64,000 nt of DNA, taken from an uncultured Verrucomicrobiae bacterium. GTDB lineage: Bacteria; Verrucomicrobiota; Verrucomicrobiia; Limisphaerales; Palsa-1400. The notes beneath the pieces are model-generated. The model had not been told where the DNA came from, made no database searches, and saw nothing but the letters and a program-made list of their open reading frames with translations. Position numbers and translations under genes: made by a program. Location of the stretch: the NCBI GenBank assembly GCA_963764165.1, contig CAVXRD010000002.1, forward strand, positions 1,942,232-2,006,231, read 5' to 3'. This document shows, piece by piece, positions 40,333 to 51,112 of the stretch; position 1 is the stretch's first letter, and every line of letters begins with the position of its first letter.

Positions 40333-43300
40333 ATGAAATTCCGGCGCGTCCTACTCATCGGTTTGCTTATTGCCTCCATCGGCGTCTTAATTGGCGTGCG
40401 CATTTACACATCCCGCCTGCCGTCCCGGATCGGCACGTTTTCAGACGAAGAGTTCATCGCGGCGCGGCGGCTGGCGGGTGATTCCAATGAGCCGGCGCCG
40501 ACGATGATCGTTCAAACTCCAATCGATTATTCCAAGCGCGTTCGCGTTTCCATCGGCAGCTTGGGGCTCCGCGGGGACGAGGATCAAAAAGTGGCCGCGC
40601 TCACGCTCGCCAACCTCAGCGCGGCCCGAGGTGTGGAATTGATCGAGCGAGAGGAGTTGGAGAAAGCGCTGCAGGAAATCCATATGCTCATGGACGGCTT
40701 CGTCCGGGCAAAGGACACTCTGCAGGTCGGCCAGATCCTTCACGCTGACTGGTTTGTCCTCGGTTCGTGGTATGATTTCAACGGAACAAATTCCGTCGTC
40801 ATCCGAATTGTTGACGCGCACACGGGCGTTTTGCGCGCCGCGCGATTTCTCGACGGAGACTCCAGCCCGGCCCAAATGGCGGCGGAGCTGGCGGAGATTG
40901 TTCAAAATGCCCGCTCGCTCGCCACCACGACGAATCCTCCCGTGTTCGTGGGCTTGAGCGGATTTGACAACGTAGGCGTCAATGACCGCCTGGCGGATTT
41001 CCCTCAGCAGCTCCGCGCCGGACTCACCGCCGAATATCGGGATTCGCACATCACCCTGGTGGAGCGCGAACGCGTGGGCTTCCTGCTCCACGAAATGGCT
41101 CTCGACGCGTCCGGCTTCGCGGATTCCTCGAACAGCGCTCCGTTCGTTCCGCAGCCGGCGTTCTGGATTGTGGGCGGCTCTTACCAATCGTACGAAACAA
41201 CCCAGCGCACCGTCGAACTCCGCGTCGAGATCGATCAAGTCTTCGGCACCTTGCGCGAAAAGTCGTTCCGGGTGCCAACGGGAGCGGAAGCTGTCGCGGC
41301 GGTGAAATCGTATGTGGACCAGACGATCGCCGCGCGAAGCCCGGCCGTGCATTACTCGAGAGTCACCGAAGCAAGCTGGTATCTTGATGTTGGAAAGCGA
41401 ATTGCGGGATTGACTCCTGGCTCCCGGTCTTCGATTTTCAACACCACATACTCCCAGCAGCCAACGCCCATGGAAGCGCGAAACATTCGCGAGGCGATGT
41501 CCGCCTTTCAATCCGCTGTTTTGCTGGAACCCACGAATCGGCCGGCGCGTTTGTATCTGGCCCAATGCCTGAAAATGCATTCCATCGGCAAGTATGAGGA
41601 GGCGCGTGAGATGCTGAAAAGCATCATCGATGAGGGTGTCCGCGACCAGTGGAAGATTCCCGCAGAAATGCAGATGCAATTTCGCTACGAGATTAGCACG
41701 GAGAATATGGTGCGGTGGCTTGACGAGGCCGCGGCCAAGGCCACAAACGCAGTGGCAGCCGATTTTTACAAATCGGCTTCTGAACGAACCCGTTCCTGGG
41801 CCGCGCGTGGCGAAATGTCAGCAGACACGGGCAAATCTCAAAAGGAGATTTTATTTGAAAGATTGAAGCAGCCAGGAGACTTCGACTCATATCGTTATTT
41901 TTATGGATTGGAAGGCGGCAAGAAGCGGCAGGCGATGGATGAATTGATCTCGTCCTTGCCGGAGATCAAATCCACCTTTTCAAACCAGTATTTCAACGTC
42001 CTCGCCGCCGCTCTGAAGGAAGGCGCCGATACAAATGCTCTGGTGGCAGATGCGTTCGCTTCGCTCTACAAGTCACAACTTCCCCGGGCCACAAACTCAG
42101 GGCAGGCCATCATCGACCTCGTGCTGACGCTAAATGACGTTGCCACCGCCTCGGCGAAGCGCACGAATTATGGGTTTGCGATCGATATATTCACCAACCT
42201 GCTCGCTTCCAGTTTCGCGCACAAGCACGCGGATATGACATTAAACGATGCGAAGATGAGCCTTGCTTACACGCTGGAAAATGCGGGCCGCTGGCAGGAA
42301 GCTCTCGATATATTCGAAACGTATTCCAACCGCCCGCTCCAAATGGCCAATACCGGCGTTTACGGGGACGGGCTTACGCTGGTTTTCCCGCACATGCACG
42401 CGAGGCATTGCCGCAAAGAGCTTGGCCTGCCGCCGCTGCGGGATCCCCGCCAGTTCTCGGTTACAAATGACGTCAACTGGGGTGGCCCATTTTGCTTTTC
42501 GGCGGAGAGCGGAAGCATTTGGGTCGGAGCAAAGAATGTCCTGTGGAACTTAAGCGCCGACGGCGAAAAGACAAACTCGTCCACTACGCTTCCCATCTCG
42601 CGGGAGGACGCGGTGACGGCCTTATACGGCGCGCCGGATGAGATTTGGCTGGGCACGCGGGCTAGCGGCTTGCTCGCGGTCAATCGCCGGACCAAGTCTG
42701 TTCGCCAATGGAAGCAGGCAGATGGTTTGTTGATGGATTCGATTAGTTCGCTGGCGATGGATGGCAAAATACTTTGGATCGGTTACGGACAGAGGTGGAG
42801 GGAATACAGTGGGAGTGTTTCCGGATCGGCCAAAGGAGGATTGGGTTGCATGGATTTAGAGACCGGCCACTTTACAACTTTGGGACACTCCATGAACCGG
42901 GAGATCAAAGGCGGCCCAGAAACGTTCGTCAGCGATATGATTGTGCCAGTCCCAAACGAGCTATGGTATATCGCCGGCTACGGGATTTTCCATTACGTGG
43001 CTGCCGAACATACCCACACGTCAGTCCTCGGCAACGTATTGAGCATGTCAGCGGACAGCGGCATCATCGCCGCAACAGGCAATAATCAGAAATCGCCTCT
43101 CGGTTTGTCGATTTTGGATCCAGCGTCAAAAAAATGGATGCCGGTTTTTGAAAAGAGCGATGCGCCGATTGGGAACGCAAGCCTGGTCCGGGTTTTGAAC
43201 GGCTCCGTCTGGCTCGGTGGCCTCGGCTTCGTTGCTTCGATCGATCCGAAGGAGAGCCGCGTCCGGCATTTTGCCTACATCAACAGCCCTTACGGCATAG

Positions 43301-43380
43301 ATGATTTGCAATGGTCGAACGGCGAACTATGGGGCCGGAAAGATTGGTGGCTGTTTCACGCGCGGGTGCCGGCGGATTGA
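40333..43380 (+). CDS. Large membrane-anchored protein with TPR-like and beta-propeller-like regions, function unknown
   Basis: 1015 aa from MKFRRVLLIGLLIASIG (TM). Two CsgG/LpoB-like segments (ELIEREELEKALQE; LVERERVGFLLHEM), a TPR-like middle, and C-terminal repeats resembling a two-component regulator propeller. Confidence 0.6.
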   Translation: MKFRRVLLIGLLIASIGVLIGVRIYTSRLPSRIGTFSDEEFIAARRLAGDSNEPAPTMIVQTPIDYSKRVRVSIGSLGLRGDEDQKVAALTLANLSAARGVELIEREELEKALQEIHMLMDGFVRAKDTLQVGQILHADWFVLGSWYDFNGTNSVVIRIVDAHTGVLRAARFLDGDSSPAQMAAELAEIVQNARSLATTTNPPVFVGLSGFDNVGVNDRLADFPQQLRAGLTAEYRDSHITLVERERVGFLLHEMALDASGFADSSNSAPFVPQPAFWIVGGSYQSYETTQRTVELRVEIDQVFGTLREKSFRVPTGAEAVAAVKSYVDQTIAARSPAVHYSRVTEASWYLDVGKRIAGLTPGSRSSIFNTTYSQQPTPMEARNIREAMSAFQSAVLLEPTNRPARLYLAQCLKMHSIGKYEEAREMLKSIIDEGVRDQWKIPAEMQMQFRYEISTENMVRWLDEAAAKATNAVAADFYKSASERTRSWAARGEMSADTGKSQKEILFERLKQPGDFDSYRYFYGLEGGKKRQAMDELISSLPEIKSTFSNQYFNVLAAALKEGADTNALVADAFASLYKSQLPRATNSGQAIIDLVLTLNDVATASAKRTNYGFAIDIFTNLLASSFAHKHADMTLNDAKMSLAYTLENAGRWQEALDIFETYSNRPLQMANTGVYGDGLTLVFPHMHARHCRKELGLPPLRDPRQFSVTNDVNWGGPFCFSAESGSIWVGAKNVLWNLSADGEKTNSSTTLPISREDAVTALYGAPDEIWLGTRASGLLAVNRRTKSVRQWKQADGLLMDSISSLAMDGKILWIGYGQRWREYSGSVSGSAKGGLGCMDLETGHFTTLGHSMNREIKGGPETFVSDMIVPVPNELWYIAGYGIFHYVAAEHTHTSVLGNVLSMSADSGIIAATGNNQKSPLGLSILDPASKKWMPVFEKSDAPIGNASLVRVLNGSVWLGGLGFVASIDPKESRVRHFAYINSPYGIDDLQWSNGELWGRKDWWLFHARVPAD

Positions 43381-43633
43381 GGACACAATCGCGCAAGCGC
43401 AGACCTTGCGTTGAGTGCGAAGCGCCCCGCCGCCATCCCCTTGGTCACGTCCGCTCCGTGAATGAGATGCAAAACGGCGTATTACAGGACAGGCTGGAAA
43501 CTATCCTAGAAAGGCATGACTCTAAGCTTGGATCCTGAGCCATAACCTGCAATGCGGCCTGAAAGGGCGATATGTCGCGAAGCTTAATGCCTTGCTCCGA
43601 CGAACGGGCGTTCGCACCGCGAAGCGGACTGCC

Positions 43634-44284
43634 TTACTTCTTCTCCTTCAACATCCAGTCAAAAATAATTTTAACATCGTCGCCGCACTTCATTGCGCCC
43701 ATGCTGAGGGTGGGTGTCGGCGGTTCCACGCCGAAATCTGTCATCTTGACGGCTGCGGTTCCTGTCACCCGGAGCTTGCCTTCCGCCTCCGGTTCGATGG
43801 TGATCGGGAACGTCACGGGCTTGGTCTGGCCAGCAATAGTAAGTGCTCCCTTGGCTTCAAAGTCAAATGGCTTCCCAGCTTCGTGCGGACCCTTGAATTT
43901 CAATTCCGCCAGCTTGAACTCGACCACGTGGAAATCCGACTCCTTCATGTTTTTCTTCATGAGGTCATCCATGACTTCCGGAAGATGCTCGGCTTTGCTG
44001 TGAAAACCCGCTACCGCAACGAGCACACGAGATTTCACCGTGAGTTTGTCGCCCTGCATTCCAGCGGGGGCGGCTTGCGATTTGTCCAATGTCATGCCCG
44101 GCGGGAATTCAATGGTTCCACCAATGTTTTTCGACTCCATTTCCCAATCGTGCAAGGTCGACGTGCCGGTGATCTTGATGGAGGTGCCCGCCGCTTGTGA
44201 TTTATACGTTGTCTGGGCGTGGGCGGCCATGCATGCGGCGAGGCTGCAGGCCCAGATGACGGCGGAGGTTCGGATGATGCTCAT
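43634..44284 (-). CDS. YceI-like periplasmic protein
   Basis: 216 aa, signal peptide. TSIKITGTSTLHDWEMESKNIGGTIEF resembles the YceI lipid-binding beta-barrel family. Confidence 0.6.
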   Translation of the reverse strand: MSIIRTSAVIWACSLAACMAAHAQTTYKSQAAGTSIKITGTSTLHDWEMESKNIGGTIEFPPGMTLDKSQAAPAGMQGDKLTVKSRVLVAVAGFHSKAEHLPEVMDDLMKKNMKESDFHVVEFKLAELKFKGPHEAGKPFDFEAKGALTIAGQTKPVTFPITIEPEAEGKLRVTGTAAVKMTDFGVEPPTPTLSMGAMKCGDDVKIIFDWMLKEKK

Positions 44285-45696
44285 AATTCAAACCATTCTT
44301 TCTTGAATTCGATCTTTTGTTGTTTGAGGGCAGCCTCGTTGGCGATGATGGCCATGACGGTGGCCTCGAGTCCGTCCTGCCAGGTTGCTGTGGGCTTGGA
44401 GTTGATGGCGGGAATTGTCTTAAGATAATCGGCCAAGTCCTTGGGATCCTCGTCGGGATACGATTCGGCGCGCAATTTGACTTCGCCCGCCTGGCGGCCG
44501 GCTTTGTTGACGAAGTTATCGAGCGCGTAATAAAGCGGCTCGTGCTCGTAGGGCTTGAACGACTCGGCGCTGCCGGCCAGGGTCGTTTGCTTCGAGGCGC
44601 CAGCCACGAGGGCAATGCCCAATTCGTCGTAAAATGTGTCGTGCCGCGCATAGACTTCCCAGCCGCCCAGGGCCGCGCTTCGCTCCTTGAACAGCCACGC
44701 CTTGAAATCGCGCATCATCATCGCCGCTTCGGCGCCGAGGTAGGTTTCGTAGGAGCGCTCATAGGAATTGCACAGCGTCAGATCGTGGAAAAAATTGACG
44801 CCATGCGGAAATTCAAATACGCCCTGCACGGTGTCCGGCATGGTCCGGTTGTCGGTGTATTCGCCAATGGTGGAACTGAAGCCAGTGACGGCTTTGGGCC
44901 GCGCGTGAAGGAAATTGCTGACCGTATCAATCTGGTGAATTCCCACTTCCGCAAACAGCCCGTTGGCAGTCTTTCGATCCAAACGCCAGTTCAATTCTTT
45001 CTCCCGCTGCTCGCTTGGAGCGGTCTGATGCCAGGAATCCTTGATGTGCGTCTGGGCGCGCGCCATGACGAACTTGCCCAACGCTCCCGTGCGGACGAAC
45101 GGCAAAAGAAACGTGAGCTGCGGATGCGAACGCTGCTGCAAGCCGGGCTGGAAAACGAGTTTGACGGCATCACGAGCGGCTCTGCAAATCGCTTTCGCGT
45201 CATCAATTGTATTGGCCAGGGGCGCCTCGCAATAAACATTCTTGCCGGCGGCCAGGGCGTCCAGCGCGATTTCTTTGTGCGTGCCTGTTGGCGTGGCAAT
45301 CACAACGGCTTGGACGTTGGGATCGGCGAGCAGCATTTTGTAATCCTCGTAAGATTGCGCTCCCGGAAGATCTTTGGCTGCACGGCGGAGCCACGACTTG
45401 TAAGTATCGCAGATCGCAACTACGGGGCTGTTGTTTTGCTTTTCGCGGAGAGGATCGTTGTTGAGCGCTTTAAATTGCGTCAGGATTTCCCGCCCCCACT
45501 GGCCAACGCCGATGACGCCGACATTGACCTGCGGTCCGGCGGGAATTTTGGTCAGGGCGGTTTCGGCGGGGGCGGTTGTTTTGCTGTCGTCCGCCCGCAA
45601 TTCCACGCCTCCCATGAGAGCCATCACAGTGGCCAGAGACGCTTGTTTGAGGAAATCGCGCCGATTCGGGTCCGGGATGTCGTTTGTGTTCTTCAT
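44281..45696 (-). CDS. Gfo/Idh/MocA family oxidoreductase with Tat signal
   Basis: Start at MKNTNDIPDPNRRDFLK (twin-arginine). Rossmann motif VNVGVIGVGQWGREIL. Confidence 0.8.
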   Translation of the reverse strand: MKNTNDIPDPNRRDFLKQASLATVMALMGGVELRADDSKTTAPAETALTKIPAGPQVNVGVIGVGQWGREILTQFKALNNDPLREKQNNSPVVAICDTYKSWLRRAAKDLPGAQSYEDYKMLLADPNVQAVVIATPTGTHKEIALDALAAGKNVYCEAPLANTIDDAKAICRAARDAVKLVFQPGLQQRSHPQLTFLLPFVRTGALGKFVMARAQTHIKDSWHQTAPSEQREKELNWRLDRKTANGLFAEVGIHQIDTVSNFLHARPKAVTGFSSTIGEYTDNRTMPDTVQGVFEFPHGVNFFHDLTLCNSYERSYETYLGAEAAMMMRDFKAWLFKERSAALGGWEVYARHDTFYDELGIALVAGASKQTTLAGSAESFKPYEHEPLYYALDNFVNKAGRQAGEVKLRAESYPDEDPKDLADYLKTIPAINSKPTATWQDGLEATVMAIIANEAALKQQKIEFKKEWFEL

Positions 45697-45757
45697 GTCT
45701 GTAGTCAGATTAGAGCCATAATGAGACGATTCAAAGCAAGCCACAATTCAAATGAAG

Positions 45758-45814
45758 GCGCAGATCAACGCAGCATGGCCACAGATGGACACAGATCCAC
45801 ACAGATAAGAATTC
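45758..45814. repeat. CACAGAT-family repeat, single arm
   Basis: ccacagatggacacagatccacacagataagaattc matches the reverse complement of 14881-14914 with 1 mismatch. Preceded by the degenerate gcagatcaacgcag. Confidence 0.7.
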
Positions 45815-46062
45815 CTGAACTCGAAACGGCGAGGCCGATCACATGGGTGTAATTAGAAATGGTTATGCCCGAACGCGCTCCGACGGAGAAGCGCAAAGAG
45901 TAAGTAAGGCCTGGCTCGGCTGGCAGCCTCACCCTGCCGAGTTCATGGTTCAATGCGCGAAAATTCCATTAGGAGAATTCTCTCTCCATCACTCTCCTCC
46001 CGCCGCTGCGGGACGGGGCGGGAGGGAAGATCAATTCAGCTCCGGAAGCTTTATTGGCACAG

Positions 46063-46494
46063 CTACGGCAGATCGAGTTTCTGAATGCGCTGAAGGTGGC
46101 GTCCGCCCGCGAAGGGTGTCGCCAGCCAGATGCGCACAATTTCCAGGGCAAGTTCAATGGCCATCATGCGCTGGCCGATGGAAAGGACGTTGGCATCGTT
46201 ATGCTCACGGCCCAGGCGGGCGCTTTCCAAATTCCAGCAGAGCGCGCAGCGCACTCCGCGAATGCGATTGGCCATGATGGCTTCGCCATTGCCGGAACCG
46301 CCGAGCACAATGCCGCGTTCAACTTCGCCTTTCGCCACCGCTTCCGCCACCGGGCGAATGAAGTCCGGATAATCGACTGGTTCGGTGCTGGTCGTGCCGA
46401 AATCGCGCACCTCATGGCTGAGTTCGCGCAGCAATGATTTGATCCGCTCCTTGTAACCGTAACCAGCATGATCCGACCCGATCCCGATTTTCAT
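46063..46494 (-). CDS. rpiB: Ribose-5-phosphate isomerase B
   Basis: 143 aa. MKIGIGSDHAGYGYK ... GIVLGGSGNGEAIMANR is canonical RpiB/LacAB. Confidence 0.9.
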   Translation of the reverse strand: MKIGIGSDHAGYGYKERIKSLLRELSHEVRDFGTTSTEPVDYPDFIRPVAEAVAKGEVERGIVLGGSGNGEAIMANRIRGVRCALCWNLESARLGREHNDANVLSIGQRMMAIELALEIVRIWLATPFAGGRHLQRIQKLDLP

Positions 46495-46509
46495 AAATTC
46501 ACTTTACTC

Positions 46510-47703
46510 CTAAGCGCAGCCTTGCACGAATCTTTTCATCCGCCGCGCCGCCTCCTCGAGACGATCCGGCGCGGTGGCGAAACAGCAGCGAATAAATCCC
46601 TCGCCGCTGGGCCCGAATGCCGTTCCCGGCACGCAGGCCACTTTCTCGCCGTGCAATAATTTCAGGGCAAACTGTTTTGAATCAAGTCCGGTGGCACGAA
46701 TATTGGGAAAAGCGTAAAATGAGCCGTGCGGAATGTGGCAGCTCAGCCCCATCTCGATCAGCGCGTTCACAAAAAAATCCCGGCGCGAGCGGTATTGGTC
46801 GCGCATATGCGCTGTGTCGGGTTCGCCGCACTCCAGCGCCTGGATCGCCGCCTCCTGGCTGATGAGGCTCGCGCACAGCATTGAGTATTGATGAATCTTC
46901 ATCATCGCTTCGACAACTTCCACCGGGCCGCACGCGTAGCCGATGCGAAAGCCCGTCATGGCGTAAGCCTTGGAAAATCCGTGCGCAAAAATCGTCCGCT
47001 CGCGCATCCCCGGCAGCGACGCGATGCTGGTATGCTCGCCTTCAAAGGTAAGCTCGGCGTAAATCTCGTCTGTCAATACGATTAAATCGCGGCTCTTGGC
47101 GATCTCGGCGATTTTTTCCAATTCCGGGCGCGTCATCGTGCCGCCGGTCGGATTCGTCGGAAAATTCAGGACAAGCATTTTGCTGCGCGGCGTGATGGCT
47201 TTTTCGATCTCTTCCGCCGTCACCGAAAATCCATCCTCAGCCCGGCAAACCACCGGCACAGGCACGCCGCCGGCAAGCGTGATTCCGGGCGCGTAGCTGA
47301 CGTAACACGGTTCGTGGTAAATGACTTCGTCGCCGGGATTAATGATGGCGCGAAATGCCAGGTCCATCGCCTCGCTGACGCCGACGGCCACGAGGATGTC
47401 GGTTTTCGGACTATACGCGACATGAAAATTCTTCTCGACGTGTTTTGAGATGGCCTCGCGCAGCTTGAGCAGCCCGAGATTGGAAGTGTAGGTCGTGCGC
47501 CCGGTTTCAATGGCGGTGATGGCGGCCTTGCGGATGTGCAGCGGGGTCACGAAATCCGGCTCGCCCACTCCCAGGGAAATGATGTCTTTCATCTCCGACA
47601 CGATGTCGAAGAATTCCCGAATGCCTGACCGCGGAAGGGCGGCGACGTGGCGGGCGACGAATCTTTGTGGGTTTTGCTCCACGGCGTAATCGTAGCAGCC
47701 CAA
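46510..47703 (-). CDS. Class I/II pyridoxal-phosphate-dependent aminotransferase
   Basis: 397 aa. PLP-lysine context HGFSKAYAMTGFRIGY and NPTGG. Confidence 0.85.
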   Translation of the reverse strand: MGCYDYAVEQNPQRFVARHVAALPRSGIREFFDIVSEMKDIISLGVGEPDFVTPLHIRKAAITAIETGRTTYTSNLGLLKLREAISKHVEKNFHVAYSPKTDILVAVGVSEAMDLAFRAIINPGDEVIYHEPCYVSYAPGITLAGGVPVPVVCRAEDGFSVTAEEIEKAITPRSKMLVLNFPTNPTGGTMTRPELEKIAEIAKSRDLIVLTDEIYAELTFEGEHTSIASLPGMRERTIFAHGFSKAYAMTGFRIGYACGPVEVVEAMMKIHQYSMLCASLISQEAAIQALECGEPDTAHMRDQYRSRRDFFVNALIEMGLSCHIPHGSFYAFPNIRATGLDSKQFALKLLHGEKVACVPGTAFGPSGEGFIRCCFATAPDRLEEAARRMKRFVQGCA

Positions 47704-47720
47704 TGGAGAAGGGCAAGTTG

Positions 47721-49004
47721 CTAGGCCGCCGCTTGGTCGGTCTTGCGGCGGATGATCGGCTTGGCTTCGCCGAGAACGGCGGGCCGGGTGATCGTCACGC
47801 TCGCCATGTCCTCAGCGGCGGGCGCCTCGTACATGATATCAAGCATAAGTTTTTCCAGCAGGCTGCGGAGGGCGCGCGCGCCGGTTCCCTTCTTGATGGC
47901 CTGGGCCGCCAGTTCCCGCAAGGCGTCGGGAGTAAATTCCAATTCCACACCCTCCATATAGAGCAGCTTCTGGTACTGCTTGATGAGGGCGTTCCGGGTT
48001 TCGGTGAGAATCAAAACCAATTGATCCTCGGTCAATTCCTCCAAAACCGTCGTCATCGGCAGGCGGCCGACAAATTCAGGAATGAAGCCAAATGAAATCA
48101 AATCTTCCGGCTCAACCATGCTGAGCACCTTGTCGCGCCCGATGGAGCTGGAGCGCGCATTCTGCTCCGCCGCGCCAAAACCCATTACGCGATTGCCGAT
48201 GCGGCGCTGAATGATTTTTTCCAATCCAACAAAAGCGCCGCCGCAGACAAACAATATGCCGCTCGTATCCACCCGGATATATTCCTGCTGCGGATGCTTG
48301 CGGCCGCCCTGAGGTGGGACGTTGCAAATGGTGCCCTCGAGAATTTTCAACAGCGCCTGCTGCACACCCTCGCCGGAAACGTCGCGAGTGATGGAAACAT
48401 TTTCGGTCTTGCGGGCGATTTTGTCGATTTCGTCGATGTAAACAATTCCCATTTGGGCGCGTTTGACGTCGTAATCGGCGTTTTGCAGCAAACGCAAAAT
48501 GATATTCTCGACGTCTTCGCCTACATAACCGGCCTCGGTTAAAGTGGTGGCGTCAGCGATGGCAAACGGCACATCCAAAATGCGGGCCAGCGTGCGGGCG
48601 AGAAGCGTCTTGCCGGAGCCAGTCGGGCCGATCAGCAGGATGTTGCTCTTTTCGATTTCAACTTCCGCGTGGCGCGCCTCGCTCAGTTCGTCGGAACCGG
48701 CGCGGGCTGTTTCCTGCATGAGGCGCTTGAAATGGTTATGGACGGCAACCGCCAGAGTCTTCTTGGCATGATCCTGGCCAATGCAATGGATATCGAGGTG
48801 CGCCTTAATATCACACGGCTTGGGAATCGCGAACTTCGGCGCATTGCGCTTCGTCTCCGCCGACAATTCCTTGTCGAGGACGCTTTTGCATAGCGTGATG
48901 CAATTGTCGCAGATGTAGACGCCGGGGCCGGCAATGAGCTTTTTGACTTCGGCGTGGGACTTTCCGCAGAAGCTGCAAAGCGTGATATTATTCGGTCTGG
49001 CCAT
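47721..49004 (-). CDS. clpX: ATP-dependent Clp protease ATP-binding subunit ClpX
   Basis: 427 aa. N-terminal zinc finger CSFCGKS...CDNC and Walker A GPTGSGKT. Confidence 0.95.
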   Translation of the reverse strand: MARPNNITLCSFCGKSHAEVKKLIAGPGVYICDNCITLCKSVLDKELSAETKRNAPKFAIPKPCDIKAHLDIHCIGQDHAKKTLAVAVHNHFKRLMQETARAGSDELSEARHAEVEIEKSNILLIGPTGSGKTLLARTLARILDVPFAIADATTLTEAGYVGEDVENIILRLLQNADYDVKRAQMGIVYIDEIDKIARKTENVSITRDVSGEGVQQALLKILEGTICNVPPQGGRKHPQQEYIRVDTSGILFVCGGAFVGLEKIIQRRIGNRVMGFGAAEQNARSSSIGRDKVLSMVEPEDLISFGFIPEFVGRLPMTTVLEELTEDQLVLILTETRNALIKQYQKLLYMEGVELEFTPDALRELAAQAIKKGTGARALRSLLEKLMLDIMYEAPAAEDMASVTITRPAVLGEAKPIIRRKTDQAAA

Positions 49005-49010
49005 TTCGAC

Positions 49011-49646
49011 TTAAGGGATTTTATCCGCAGGAGTTTGATCCGTCAAACCGGGAATCTGCTTCCTGGATTGCACGACCTCATCAACCAGGCCGTAGGCTTT
49101 GGCTTCGTCGGCCGTCATGAAATTGTCGCGATCACAATCCTTTTCGACTTGTTCAATCGGCTTTCCAGTGTGTTTGGAGATGATCGAATTGAGGCGATGC
49201 TTCAATTTGAGCATGTACTTCACACGGATTTCGACGTCGCTGGCCTGGCCTTCGGCGCCGCCGAGGACCTGGTGGATCATGATATTGGCGTTGGGCAGCG
49301 CGTAGCGTTTGCCCTTTGTTCCGCCGCACAAAAGAACCGCGCCCATGCTCGCCGCCTGGCCGATGCAATATGTATTCGTATCGCAGGTCAGGAATTGCAT
49401 GGTGTCGTAAATGGCCAGACCCGCCGTGACGCTGCCGCCCGGCGAATTGATATAAAGATGAATGTCCTTCTTCGGATCGGCCATTTGAAGGAAGAGCAGT
49501 TGGGCAATAATCAAATTCGCCACCATGTCATCAACCGGCGTCCCGAGAAAAACGATGCGGTCGACCAGCAAGCGCGAATAAATATCGTAACCGCGTTCGC
49601 CGCGTCCGGTCTGCTCCACCACCATTGGCACTAAAAAATTTTGCAT
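49011..49646 (-). CDS. clpP: ATP-dependent Clp protease proteolytic subunit ClpP
   Basis: 211 aa. [11 protein letters not shown], active-site context [12 protein letters not shown]. Confidence 0.95.
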   Translation of the reverse strand: MQNFLVPMVVEQTGRGERGYDIYSRLLVDRIVFLGTPVDDMVANLIIAQLLFLQMADPKKDIHLYINSPGGSVTAGLAIYDTMQFLTCDTNTYCIGQAASMGAVLLCGGTKGKRYALPNANIMIHQVLGGAEGQASDVEIRVKYMLKLKHRLNSIISKHTGKPIEQVEKDCDRDNFMTADEAKAYGLVDEVVQSRKQIPGLTDQTPADKIP

Positions 49647-49934
49647 AAGGTCCTAAATGTGCTTCCGACTGTTTGTGCAACCTAACGGAAGTAACACTGA
49701 CCGTCAAGCAGCCCAGCCCCCGCCTCCCAGCGGCGCCAACGAGGGCTGGCCTCAACCGTATATCGGCACAATGCGTCCAGCACTTTAGGCAGGGCGGAGG
49801 CTTTTTGCGCAGCGCCGATTTCCAATCTGCTGCATCGCAGGATTCCAGGCTGGCTTGCGGTGTTCCGGCAAGCAGGTTTGGAAACCTGCGCTGCGAACAC
49901 CGTGTGACAAAACACCCGCCGTTATGTCAAATCG

Positions 49935-50093
49935 ATGATGTTGCAATGGCGAAAGACAAATCGCGGGAAGGCAAGCGGGTTCAGCTTGACGGAATTGTTG
50001 TGCGTGATGCTGATCATTGCGATTCTCGCGGCGCTTTATCTGGGATCGATTTCGAAGGCCTTCGCCCACGTGATAAAATTTCTGAAACAATAG
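49935..50093 (+). CDS. Micro-ORF encoding a prepilin-type leader plus hydrophobic helix only (52 aa)
   Basis: Hand translation gives [52 protein letters not shown], with the G-F-S-L-T-E-L prepilin peptidase motif. Apparently below the ORF-track size cutoff. Confidence 0.45.
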   Translation: MMLQWRKTNRGKASGFSLTELLCVMLIIAILAALYLGSISKAFAHVIKFLKQ

Positions 50094-50138
50094 CCCATTC
50101 CGTTTGACAACAGCGGCCCGGGGCGTTTTTTTTGCTTC

Positions 50139-50552
50139 ATGGCTTCATCAGGATACTCCGGCACTCCCCTCTGGAAAAAGCTTGGCTGCAAGACTGGCAT
50201 GGCTGCCTATGTGGACGGCGCTCCGAAAAATTACCTCGATCTATTGTCTTTGCCGGCGGACGTGCGGATCCGGTGGCTCAAACGTCCCGCATCGGGCATG
50301 AACTTTGTGCATTTGTTTTCTGCTGGAGCCTCCGCGCTGATGACAAGGCTGAATTCCTGCCGGGAAAAAATCGCTCCCGACGCCATAGTGTGGATTTCGT
50401 GGCCGAAGAAAACATCGGGCGTGAAAAGCGACCTCTCCGAGAATTTGATTCGTGACATGATTCTGCCGACCGGCTTGGTGGATATAAAAGTTTGCGCGCT
50501 GGACGAGACATGGTCGGGATTGAAGTTCATGATTCGGAAGGAACTTCGGTAA
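50139..50552 (+). CDS. DUF3052-like protein
   Basis: 137 aa. The N-terminal SGYSGTPLWKKLG string is, as I recall it, characteristic of DUF3052. Confidence 0.55.
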   Translation: MASSGYSGTPLWKKLGCKTGMAAYVDGAPKNYLDLLSLPADVRIRWLKRPASGMNFVHLFSAGASALMTRLNSCREKIAPDAIVWISWPKKTSGVKSDLSENLIRDMILPTGLVDIKVCALDETWSGLKFMIRKELR

Positions 50553-50575
50553 CCAAGCGAAACCGCGCCCCATGT

Positions 50576-50603
50576 TGCCTCGGCGCGCTGGCGAGGCAGT
50601 TTT
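50576..50603 (+). terminator. Rho-independent terminator candidate
   Basis: tgcctcg-gcgcgctgg-cgaggca followed by gtttt, 24 nt after the stop codon. Confidence 0.5.
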
Positions 50604-51112
50604 GTGGTTCCTCAATGTTTTCAGTGGAATGAGACAACTCGTTAGCCGTCGTTGCGGGACAACCCATTTGGAATCCAGGCTTGGCACTGGCTTGGCCAAA
50701 GCTCGTTATAGTGTATGATCTCGAAAAAGGGGCAACACCCGCTACACGGTTGACCATCAACGAGATAAGGGGCAACAAAAATAGCAACAAACCCGCAACA
50801 GACCCGCAACATTTCTTCCCGCGCTGTCGGGTTGCATGAAACGCGGCGTCTTTCCGTCGTTCCCTGAAAATTTACATCAAGATGCCTGCACCAGCATTGT
50901 TCCATTGAAAACAGCGAGGAACCAGTTTTGTCGCATGGCAACCACGAGCAAATTTCCAGAGAACTTGCGGGCGGCGATGCAGGAAGCGTTACGAATTCAA
51001 GACCGGTTCATCATTGAACCGATGTGTTTCCAGACAGGCTGCGGCCATATGAAAAGCGAAGGCATCGCGACCCTGCCATTAATGATTCTAAGAAGCATGA
51101 CGCATTCTTTGT

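Noticed and set aside
40441-41679. 412-aa minus-strand ORF
   Set aside because: Antisense to the 1015-aa membrane-anchored protein gene, with shadow-ORF composition. The same reasoning applies to 52537..53706 (opposite the histidine kinase) and 63511..63999 (opposite the ECF sigma factor).
44317-45852. 511-aa plus-strand ORF
   Set aside because: Antisense shadow of the Gfo/Idh/MocA oxidoreductase gene. It has no recognisable motifs and runs on through a repeat element.
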